Source: a virus
Taxonomy: Duplodnaviria > Caudoviricetes
IMG/VR virus record: IMGVR_UViG_3300021387_000573
Location: 1-64,000 of that record
Reading direction: 5' to 3' (one strand)
DNA: 64,000 nt
A program made the position numbers and the translations under genes. Positions 20,501 through 28,181 of this stretch are shown piece by piece. The notes under the pieces are model-generated. The model was not told where the DNA came from. It did not search any database and saw only the letters and a list, made by a program, of their open reading frames with translations. How positions within the stretch are numbered: position 1 is the first letter of the stretch; the number at the start of each line of letters is the position of its first letter.

Positions 20501-23500
20501 CAGCATTCTCACAAGCAAGATGATTCTCAGCGCCACCGAAAAGAGGGAGGCGGTAGCATGAATCAGTCCATTCAGACTTTTGCCAACGAAGAGTTCGGAA
20601 GCATCCGCACCATCATGATCGATAACGAGCCGTGGTTCATTGGAAAAGAGATAGCAACCATTCTTGGGTATGCCAACACAAAGGATGCTCTTGTCAGGCT
20701 TGTTGATGCGCATGATAAAACAGTAGCTCTAAGGTCGCAATTCCCGACCTTAGAAAATATCCCGAATCGCGGGTTGACAATCATCAACGAGTCCGGCCTT
20801 TACAGCCTCATCCTCTCCAGCAAACTCCCGTCTGCCCGAAAGTTCCAGCGTTGGGTGACTTCCGAAGTCCTTCCGACAATCCGTAAGACAGGAGCATACA
20901 TGACGCCGGAAACGCTCAAAGAATCTCTGCGTGATCCCGAATACCTGCGCGGTGTTCTCTCGCTTCTGGACGAGCAGTACGAGAAGAACAAGAAACTGTC
21001 TACCGATCTCGCTGTCGCCAACGAGAGAAACAAAAGTCTCACCACGGCGAATAAGGCGCTGACAGGAGAGATCTGCGAATGGGACTGGCGAGCCTGCATC
21101 AACAGCCTGGTCAGAGCATATGGCAGTTATCGTCTCGGCGGCAACTTCGTCATGGCCTGGAATACTTATTACAAGCATTTCAACAATAAACTCGGCACCA
21201 ATATCCGGAATCGGAAGCCGTGCGGAAAGAGGATTCTGGATAGGGTAGAGCAGAACGAGTGGAAAGACGCTGTGAGAATCGCTGCGGGATTGTGTGAACA
21301 AGCCGATATCGACATCGGGAATGTCTTGAATAACATAAATCTTAGCATCTATATCGATGCCACAGTATAATGATAGTATAAGAGGGGTCGGACTTCCGGC
21401 CTCTTTTTTTTTATTAAATTGTATTGCACATTCGGACATGCATTAACAGCGAATGAAATATGGTTTTCATCCGCTGTGAGAGATTCTGCCCTGCGAACAT
21501 CTCCGCCATAAGATCCTTTATCCCGGCATCGGTTGCCCGATTGCTTCCACCGGATTATATGGATCGACAGGGGAGTCCCTGCTGACGGGTTAGCTGCGCG
21601 TTGCCCATTGTCGTGTCCGGTAGGCGTTATTGTTTAGACTTGGACATCCCACTCCCGCGTGCCACGGTTTGACTTATTTGCCTCGTCGGCTGCCATATAG
21701 GCGTAGTGAGCGTTAGGGGTTCGCGCAATTTACTCTCTTTTTATTTTAGAACCTTCATCCTATGGACTTGTTCACGCAACCATTACTGCGCGTTCTTGCC
21801 CATAGTAGGCCAGCTTAAAGATCTCGGAATTAAGCGTGCCCTCAAGGGGCCGACCGAAGTTCTGTATTAGTGCGGCGATCCCTGCAATACCACCAGCGGC
21901 AAGAAGCGTGCCGCCAGGGCCAAGGAAGCCCGTGATTTTTTCTAAGACATCTGCAAAAGCGGTTAAACCGTCAATTGCGTTACCGATGCCTTCGCGTGGG
22001 AAGAGGTTTTGCCAGATCCCGACGCCAGTTTCTTTCAGCGCGTTGAGCTTGTATTCGAGAGAGTCCATGATGATGGACATCTCTTTATCTGCGTTGCCTG
22101 CGCTGGTTTCCATCTTTGCCATTGCATCTTCAGCGGCGCTGAAGTTGGACAAGATGGCCATACCAATCTGGGCGCGGTTCTTACCAAATAGTTTCTCAAG
22201 CAGGCCAGCCTGTTCCTTGTCGGTAAGTTCGTCCCAGATTTCAGAAATGCGTTTCAGGATTTCGTAGGTGGATTTATAAGTGGTTGGGTTCTCCATTATG
22301 GAGACCTTGCCATGAGTGAGTTCGGAGATGTCGTTCTTGACGTTGCCAAGGGTCTCGTCAAATTCGCCTGTCTCCTCATCCAACATTCTGTTGCTTTTGT
22401 GACCATGATCACATGGCGGGCAGTCGTTTCTGGCTACCTCTCGCGTTTCATATTTACTGGATTATAGCGCGAGTTCGGACTGTATATTACTCTCGCCTTT
22501 AGGCAGGGAGAACGAACTTCAGCACATCTGTTACCAAATGCACCCCGCAGTCTCTGAGGATTCTACTGTTTTGCATATAAAAAATACTCCTGTATAACAG
22601 GAGCTAAAATCTCATCTATTTTATCAAAATCATAATACGGGATTCGTATTAGTTTAATATTGTTTGACTTACAATAATCGGTCTTAATAGCGTCTTTTAT
22701 CTTATTCTTTTCAAACTGTTGCTCTGCCCACTCTTTCCCTTTGCCAGCAAAATCTACCGGGAAGAAGTGCTGTTGCCCATCGAATTCAATAATCGTATTG
22801 GATAATGGAATAAAGAAATCAAACTTGAGCGGTTGCTGATAGACGCATCCATCAAATGTCTTCTGCGGTTTATACTGTATTTTATTCTTTTTCAAAACCA
22901 CAGCTATGCGATCCTCGCCCTTGCTAAACACGCACGACGGGCATCCGGAGCCTTGGTATAAGCTTGCTGGAGTTGTAAACCAAGTGTCTCCACACTTTGC
23001 ACACCTACACTCAATCTTTGATTCCCAGCCAGAGTATTCCCCAATTATCTGAGTAAATGGGGAACGATCTTTTATTTGTAGAGCGAAATCCTCGGTAGTT
23101 TTATTTTTACCAGCACAGTATGAGCACCCATAGGCGCAGTTCTTAAAATGGTCCCAAGCCATAGATTGCTCACCTTTTCCTCTGTGTTCAGGACAGATGA
23201 ATTTTACGATAGAGCCAGTCCTATCATGGCGCAAATATCTTCCAACATATTCAAGACCGAGACTGTTACATCGATCAATTACGGTGTCTTCATCAACCAT
23301 TTTCACCGATTTCTCCATCGTGCAATAATGGCAATGCCTACCAGCATTGACAACATTGTTAAGCGTTCTTTGCTGAACACCGTACTCTGCATGCAAATCG
23401 CAAATGAAATCTAATTTATCATGCATACCAGAATATGTTTCGCTCACCAGATGAAAATGTGGAAAATTGATATTTAAGTACGTTTTGATGTTTTCAACAG

Positions 23501-24859
23501 CATATGGATTCCGTTCAATCCAGCTCGGCTTTCTACCAGATAAATACCTGCTTTTGCAAATATTATATCTATACCCATCTGCATCATGTGCCGGTATTTT
23601 CGTAGACGATATGTATTGTTCAATCGTATAACCATCTTTTTCGAGCAGAGCAAGGAATTCATCTTTTGTCAATCCTTGCACCTCATCATTATCATTTATG
23701 CAAAACAGTAATCTTTCCTAAGTCTCTGGATTCCAGTATCCATTTGACTTATATAGTTCGTTATCTATGCAATTTGTTGAGCGCAGCATAGTCTATGTAT
23801 TTCTACATAGTTGGGCATGGATTTCCTACCCCTAATGCGCATCGAAATCGTTCTTAATCCGTTGCCAACTCTGCTGGCATCCTGCGTTATTTCTGTGCCA
23901 GCCGTAATTAACGCAAGTGTTTGTTCAAACGAGTTGTTTGCCGCAGACATGGACGCCGAAGAAACTTGAAGTGCGTCGGCGAGATCTTTGTTCGACAGAG
24001 CAAAACTATTACCTAAGATGTTAATCTTAGACATAACTCCGTCAAGAACTTCATCGGTTGTAATGCCGAACGCCTTCATCGTCGAGACGAGAGATTCTTG
24101 TGCCGTCTCAGTTGACATACCCGGCGAGATCATTGCAAACTGCGAGCTCAGTCTCGCCATTAATGTTGCATCATGCTTCGAACCGTATCCAAGCCTAGAC
24201 CACGCGGCGGCTTGAGATATGATCTCTTTAGTGCTTACACCGAGCGCCTTAGCCTCTTTATTCGCATCACGATAAAAACTAACCAGATCCCCGTCCGACA
24301 TCGTGGTCGTCTTGCGAAGGTCAACCAAAGCAGTATCAAGTTCAATAACTGTATTAACACCGCTCTCTACTGCCCTTACAATTTTGCTGAGCACCTGATA
24401 TGCACTACCGAGCCCAACAGCCTGCAAAACCGTGTTTTTCAGAGATGCGGCAAAAGAGTTTACCGTCAGCCCTGCCGCTTTTGCCTCTGACTGAATCTTC
24501 GCAAACTCAAGCGCAAGTTGTCGATACCTATCTGTTGGCACATCACCAGCCTTGAGCTCTTTTTGCATCTGTTTCAGAACCGTACCAAACCTGTCTGCCG
24601 CTTTCGAGTTGTTATTCATCCAAGTCTGGATCTTATTAGAAAGCGTGACAGAGCGGATTTGTGTTAGTTCATTTTTATATTCACTTGTGCTTTTTGCGGC
24701 TTCCCTTGCGCCTTTCGCAATACCTTCAAATGGATTGCCTTTTGAAGATCTGTTACTATACGCAGACTCTATCTGTTTGATTATTCGTGCTACATCAGCA
24801 TCAACAGTAGAGTCATCAAGCCTTACTTTGATTAGTGCTTCCCAATTACCACCAGGCAT
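14537..24859 (-). CDS. Tape measure protein, three exons join(23828..24859, 21853..22383, 14537..19165), 2063 aa if spliced
   Basis: TMP core (ELDTALVDLRK, VGNGLRTISMRIRG|LDEETGEF, KSTYEIL) and long coiled coils; both junctions in frame (IRG|LDE, NFG|RLK). Confidence 0.85.
19176..19204 (+). promoter_or_regulatory. SigA-type promoter
   Basis: TTGACT-17-TATAAT. Confidence 0.8.
19223..19570 (+). CDS. Double zinc-ribbon protein with hydrophobic segment (moron-like)
   Basis: CPNC..CTKC and CPFC..CNNC; GAGGTG RBS; own promoter. Confidence 0.75.
   Translation: MGKPNFSIEQVAIHCPNCGNEEGKRFFTSGVGGSFEETTCTKCGSIISQNNNITNPAFDAVMNPKSTVTCPFCQSTNCKKISGASKIGKVALFGVFAAGSVSKTWHCNNCGSNFG
19577..19605 (+). promoter_or_regulatory. 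SigA-type promoter
   Basis: TTGTCA-17-TATAAT. Confidence 0.7.
19694..19780 (+). CDS. 28-aa hydrophobic peptide, type I toxin-like
   Basis: MVESVLLSALVDLLVGIILIAIERLTEN; GGAGGT RBS, promoter and terminator. Confidence 0.65.
   Translation: MVESVLLSALVDLLVGIILIAIERLTEN
19793..19823 (+). terminator. Rho-independent terminator
   Basis: CAGGGACTG..CAGTCCCTG followed by T-run. Confidence 0.75.
19838..19872 (+). promoter_or_regulatory. Promoter with palindromic operator
   Basis: TTGACA-17-TATTAT overlapping TACTACAAT-A-ATTGTAGTA. Confidence 0.75.
19887..20021 (+). CDS. Ribbon-helix-helix (Arc/CopG-like) regulator, 44 aa
   Basis: MNDKALNIKIPAELYNQLKEEAAKKNISLASLVRLICSEY; AAGGAGG RBS. Confidence 0.8.
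   Translation: MNDKALNIKIPAELYNQLKEEAAKKNISLASLVRLICSEYFENK
20157..20561 (+). CDS. Hypothetical protein
   Basis: AAGGAG RBS; stop overlaps start of BRO gene. Confidence 0.65.
   Translation: MEDAKEYTFTRNAEGTIIINEKWPPVDIAPATSLSRASLFALNWATGGCAGQLDTEDIFSFLDPVIHGSYHGVPDGFVNSPDLNTALMVFEHKPSEVELRTKADQVFTFIDTYRHSILTSKMILSATEKREAVA
20558..21370 (+). CDS. BRO-N domain antirepressor-like protein
   Basis: FGSIRT..EPWFIGKEIA..LGY; INESGLYSLILSSKLPSARKFQRWVTSEVLPTIRKTGAY. Confidence 0.9.
   Translation: MNQSIQTFANEEFGSIRTIMIDNEPWFIGKEIATILGYANTKDALVRLVDAHDKTVALRSQFPTLENIPNRGLTIINESGLYSLILSSKLPSARKFQRWVTSEVLPTIRKTGAYMTPETLKESLRDPEYLRGVLSLLDEQYEKNKKLSTDLAVANERNKSLTTANKALTGEICEWDWRACINSLVRAYGSYRLGGNFVMAWNTYYKHFNNKLGTNIRNRKPCGKRILDRVEQNEWKDAVRIAAGLCEQADIDIGNVLNNINLSIYIDATV
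21381..21412 (+). terminator. Rho-independent terminator of the cargo operon
   Basis: AGAGG..GTCGGA/TCCGGCCTCT followed by long T-run. Confidence 0.75.
22384..23827 (-). mobile_element. Group I intron 1 of TMP with endonuclease ORF
   Basis: P1 GGGU/GCCC with U.G; P3 AACGAACU/AGUUCGUU; P7 GACUG/CAGUC; terminal G; P10 AUCCA/UGGAU; ORF looped out by 13-bp inverted repeat TACTGTTTTGCAT. Confidence 0.9.
22563..23681 (-). CDS. Intron-encoded homing endonuclease (Zn-ribbon repeats plus Vsr/DUF559-like nuclease)
   Basis: SKGE..FDFFIP..IIEFDGQQH..D..K..LIRIPY. Confidence 0.8.
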   Translation of the reverse strand: MQGLTKDEFLALLEKDGYTIEQYISSTKIPAHDADGYRYNICKSRYLSGRKPSWIERNPYAVENIKTYLNINFPHFHLVSETYSGMHDKLDFICDLHAEYGVQQRTLNNVVNAGRHCHYCTMEKSVKMVDEDTVIDRCNSLGLEYVGRYLRHDRTGSIVKFICPEHRGKGEQSMAWDHFKNCAYGCSYCAGKNKTTEDFALQIKDRSPFTQIIGEYSGWESKIECRCAKCGDTWFTTPASLYQGSGCPSCVFSKGEDRIAVVLKKNKIQYKPQKTFDGCVYQQPLKFDFFIPLSNTIIEFDGQQHFFPVDFAGKGKEWAEQQFEKNKIKDAIKTDYCKSNNIKLIRIPYYDFDKIDEILAPVIQEYFLYAKQ

Positions 24860-24932
24860 TTATCTCCCTCCTCTCAAAGATTCGGTCAATAAAAAATTCG
24901 CCATCCAAGGCGAACAAATAAAACTATTCATT

Positions 24933-25973
24933 TTACAGATCCTCCAATGAGGTCTGCTTAACAGACTTGATGCCGTCCGCTCCAAAATACTTTTCTAACT
25001 GGGAATCATTTGAGCGGTCATCATAAAGTCTAAGCATTTCTGCGCTAGACCAGCCAGAGATCATTTGGACAACAGCCTCTGGGAGATTAGCTTCGAGCAT
25101 AGATGTCGTCCAGAAATGCCGAACGCTGTGGAAATAAAATGGCTTGTTGAGCATTCGCGAGAAAGTTTCTGCAAGCGAGTTCATCATTGGAACACCTATA
25201 TGCTCATTTGAATCCCTTGAATCAGGGAATAACCACTCGCTTTCAATGCCAAGTCTTTCTCTTTCCTGCATCCACATATCGAAGTATGGCTTAAATGGTT
25301 TCGCAAGCACATAGACATCGAGAAGTTTGCCTCTCTGTCCACGCCCTTTTGTCACCATCTTTTCTGGCGTCTTATATAACGCTCCTCCACAAATCAAGTT
25401 TTTATCATCAAAGTAAGAAACCTTGAATCGAGTTAGTTCTACTTTGCGTTTGCCGCTATACATCGCCAAGGCCAATACGCACGCCTTCATATATTGTTTT
25501 TCCTCGACAAGATGATCAAGCAACGATTTCAGTTCTTCGTCTTTGAAGACTGTTTTAATGCGGACTTCTTCATTAACCGGAGACTCAATCTTATTCCAAA
25601 TTGCTCTATAATCTGGGAACTCGTCATCAAGCATATTCTCGATATAGTTTTCGAGTGACCGCGCCGTAGCCTTCACAGTACGCATTCTTCGAGGAGACCA
25701 TCCCCATACATTCAAAGCGTAGTTCTGAAACTTCGTGATCTCGCGTTTCGTGAAATCCACAAACGCCTTATTCTTGTTGAATTCTAAGCTCCAGCACCAG
25801 ATGATATGTAAATTGCTTGTATATTGCCGGATCGTATTCTTCGCCTTATCCGTTGCTTCCAGATATTCAAGGAAGTCTTTCTCAAGTTCCAAGTTATCCG
25901 GGTTTACCTGCTTCATTTTCTCTTCGGACGTTATCTCGTTATAGACAGTAGAACGCCCTTCAACTTTTCCCAA
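24933..25973 (-). CDS. Tyrosine recombinase
   Basis: SGKRKVEL, HSVRH, SGW, terminal Tyr (RLYD). Confidence 0.85.
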   Translation of the reverse strand: MGKVEGRSTVYNEITSEEKMKQVNPDNLELEKDFLEYLEATDKAKNTIRQYTSNLHIIWCWSLEFNKNKAFVDFTKREITKFQNYALNVWGWSPRRMRTVKATARSLENYIENMLDDEFPDYRAIWNKIESPVNEEVRIKTVFKDEELKSLLDHLVEEKQYMKACVLALAMYSGKRKVELTRFKVSYFDDKNLICGGALYKTPEKMVTKGRGQRGKLLDVYVLAKPFKPYFDMWMQERERLGIESEWLFPDSRDSNEHIGVPMMNSLAETFSRMLNKPFYFHSVRHFWTTSMLEANLPEAVVQMISGWSSAEMLRLYDDRSNDSQLEKYFGADGIKSVKQTSLEDL

Positions 25974-25988
25974 TCACAATCACTTCCT

Positions 25989-26387
25989 TTACTTAATTGC
26001 CGCTTCGATTACAGCAGAAGCATCTCTAATGATATTGTTCATAGCGCGATCAAAATCCAGTGGCCCACCGACAACGCCTGCGCCATGGTTCTCTGCCCAA
26101 CCAAGCACAGTTCCCATTCCGGGCTTGCTGCCAGTCGAGTACCCTCCGCTTGTATCCAAATATGCTTTGAATTCAACGCTATTTGATCCTGCTTTTACAC
26201 CATCAGTTTTTGGAGTATTAGCAAGTTGTCCAGTACGAACATACTTCTTTGGCTCGCCAGACCCATAAAACCTGCCTGTTTCCTCGTACAAATCTCCAAG
26301 AGCCAGTTGCTCCGCACTTTTCATTGCGTTAGTCAGGCTCCTCATAAGCATTTGTCTGAGCTGCGCAGAGCTTGTTGCAGTAGGCAT
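25989..26387 (-). CDS. Tail completion / neck protein (HK97 gp10-like)
   Basis: Y..P..YVRTGQL motif; synteny. Confidence 0.5.
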   Translation of the reverse strand: MPTATSSAQLRQMLMRSLTNAMKSAEQLALGDLYEETGRFYGSGEPKKYVRTGQLANTPKTDGVKAGSNSVEFKAYLDTSGGYSTGSKPGMGTVLGWAENHGAGVVGGPLDFDRAMNNIIRDASAVIEAAIK

Positions 26388-26393
26388 ATTACA

Positions 26394-26879
26394 TCACTCT
26401 TTCTTCAAAGCTTGTTCAACAAAACTGATAACCTTATCGCCGTCAGCGCCAACGATCTCATTAAAACGATTCGATTCACCGAAGATCTTCGCCATATTAT
26501 CGGGCGTGAAATACTGTTCAATAAACTTGCTGATAATGTTTACGCCACGGATAAGAGAGCTTCTGCGGTCTGACACAATCTGCATGGCATCAGAATATGC
26601 GTTGCTAAAATTCAAGCAGGGGAGAGCGTATCCATCAAGCGCATCACGGTAAGCGCAAATAAAATCGTCGTTACCAAATACAGTGTCGAGCGCAGACAGG
26701 TCATCTTCAGTAGTCTTGCGCTCTGCGTCTTTTGCATAAAAGTTCTCATAAAAAATCTGCATTGCATGAAGTCTGCCGGCATGAGGAATGTAACTACCAT
26801 CCTCAGCAATAAAACCAGCAGCAATATCTTCGACCAGATTGATATATTCAACCACGCCAACTTTAGTATCAATTCTCAT
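26394..26879 (-). CDS. Hypothetical protein (possible tail chaperone)
   Basis: ORF with GGAGG RBS in tail module. Confidence 0.5.
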   Translation of the reverse strand: MRIDTKVGVVEYINLVEDIAAGFIAEDGSYIPHAGRLHAMQIFYENFYAKDAERKTTEDDLSALDTVFGNDDFICAYRDALDGYALPCLNFSNAYSDAMQIVSDRRSSLIRGVNIISKFIEQYFTPDNMAKIFGESNRFNEIVGADGDKVISFVEQALKKE

Positions 26880-26926
26880 TTCTCTACCTTCCTCCAAACT
26901 CAATAAAATCAGTTTTCTATCTGTTA

Positions 26927-27076
26927 TTATTTTCTACTTGTTGAACCTGTGATTATTGCCAAAAACGCAGCTCCAATTACAACAAGGAACACTGGCAACA
27001 CAAGCCATGCTTCTGGGCCGTATAGAAACGCTCTCCAACCAAGAGCAGATATCTCACTTATAAGATCGTGCCACAT
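26927..27076 (-). CDS. 49-aa membrane protein
   Basis: MWHDLISEISALGWRAFLYGPEAWLVLPVFLVVIGAAFLAIITGSTSRK; AGGAGAGGT RBS. Confidence 0.6.
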   Translation of the reverse strand: MWHDLISEISALGWRAFLYGPEAWLVLPVFLVVIGAAFLAIITGSTSRK

Positions 27077-27091
27077 ATGCACCTCTCCTTG

Positions 27092-27622
27092 TTACGCCGC
27101 CGGCCTTTCGCCTAAAACACTCAGCAATGCATCCATATCATATCTATAATTTGACTTTAGTTTCCTTTGCGGAATCACAAAGTATTGGATATCATAGTCA
27201 TCCAGATCTTTAAGATTAAAGCTCTTCTTACCAACACAATCCATTAGTCTGTTGAACGCTTCAATCTCAATAAAGATCGTCAACTCCAGCTCGCGGAATT
27301 CGATAATAAATCCGCAAGTCATGCCATCATATTTATTCCAAACATTAAGCCCTTTAATCTGATGATAATGAATTTCTCCCTTATCATCTTCTGTGCGCTC
27401 AAAAGAAATAGACTTTCCGGACACTGTCTTTAGTTCAAAAGCATAAGGTTTGTGCCGTTTGGAATCCCAGACAAAATAATCAAATGGATTCTTCAAACTA
27501 AACCTAAGATTATCGGATCGACCGAATGATTGAGCAGAATCCGAAAGCCTATGTACGAGTGCATAGTCCGGAGCAGACTTCGCCCACTGGATCTCAAAAT
27601 TTTTTCCGGTGGATATCGCCAT
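27092..27622 (-). CDS. recU: Holliday junction resolvase, RecU-like
   Basis: GKNFE, PFDY, FELKT, IHYHQI motifs. Confidence 0.75.
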   Translation of the reverse strand: MAISTGKNFEIQWAKSAPDYALVHRLSDSAQSFGRSDNLRFSLKNPFDYFVWDSKRHKPYAFELKTVSGKSISFERTEDDKGEIHYHQIKGLNVWNKYDGMTCGFIIEFRELELTIFIEIEAFNRLMDCVGKKSFNLKDLDDYDIQYFVIPQRKLKSNYRYDMDALLSVLGERPAA

Positions 27623-27624
27623 AA

Positions 27625-27858
27625 TCAGTCCTTCTTCGGCGCACTCTCGCACCACTTTCGGTAAACATAGGCCGTCTCGCCTTTAAGGAACCAAGCGGTA
27701 ATCTTACCCGGTTTCAGTTCGTTCTCAAATACGAACTTTGGCTGACAGCCATGGCTGGTATAAAAAATAACCTGACGTAGATTATCAATCGGTATCAGGT
27801 TCTCTCGGCCATAGCACTCAATAGCCTCTTCCAAACTCTCAAAACTAATCGTTCTCAT
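27625..27858 (-). CDS. Small hypothetical protein (DUF5659-like)
   Basis: Resembles 34005..34193 and 40588..40833. Confidence 0.5.
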   Translation of the reverse strand: MRTISFESLEEAIECYGRENLIPIDNLRQVIFYTSHGCQPKFVFENELKPGKITAWFLKGETAYVYRKWCESAPKKD

Positions 27859-27941
27859 TCTTTCTCCAAATCGCAAAATTTTAGGGAGATAACAGGTTCT
27901 CAATAGTCTGTCTCTCCCTAAAACAAACTACGATACCCATG

Positions 27942-28181
27942 TCATTCTTCTTTCGACTCAGACTGTTCGTCCGATACAACAGGTGTTTTCTTCTTGCGAG
28001 TTTTCGTCTTTTTCTCAACCGGCTCGCTATAATTATCGGGAACCACAGTGTAGTGCCCGTCATCCTTGACCTTGACGACAGTGGCTTTTCTTCCAATTGC
28101 TGGGATCTGAACCTGAATGTCGTCATACTGAATTACAGTAACTGCTTCGTTATTGAGCAGAACCTTGCATTCTTTCAGCAT
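27942..28181 (-). CDS. Hypothetical protein
   Basis: AAGGAG RBS; basic C-terminus. Confidence 0.6.
   Translation of the reverse strand: MLKECKVLLNNEAVTVIQYDDIQVQIPAIGRKATVVKVKDDGHYTVVPDNYSEPVEKKTKTRKKKTPVVSDEQSESKEE

Larger units (their letters stand above)
19166..21852 (-). mobile_element. Group I intron 2 of TMP carrying an antisense cargo gene cassette
   Basis: P AAUUGCGCGAA, Q AACGCGCAGC, P7 CAGGGCA/UGUCCG, P3 GAGAG/CUCUC, P8 hairpin, P1 U.G wobble, terminal G at 19166, 15-bp P10. Confidence 0.8.

Noticed and set aside
20750-21439. 229-aa minus-strand ORF in intron 2 as a possible maturase or endonuclease
   Set aside because: Shadow of the BRO gene; no nuclease motifs
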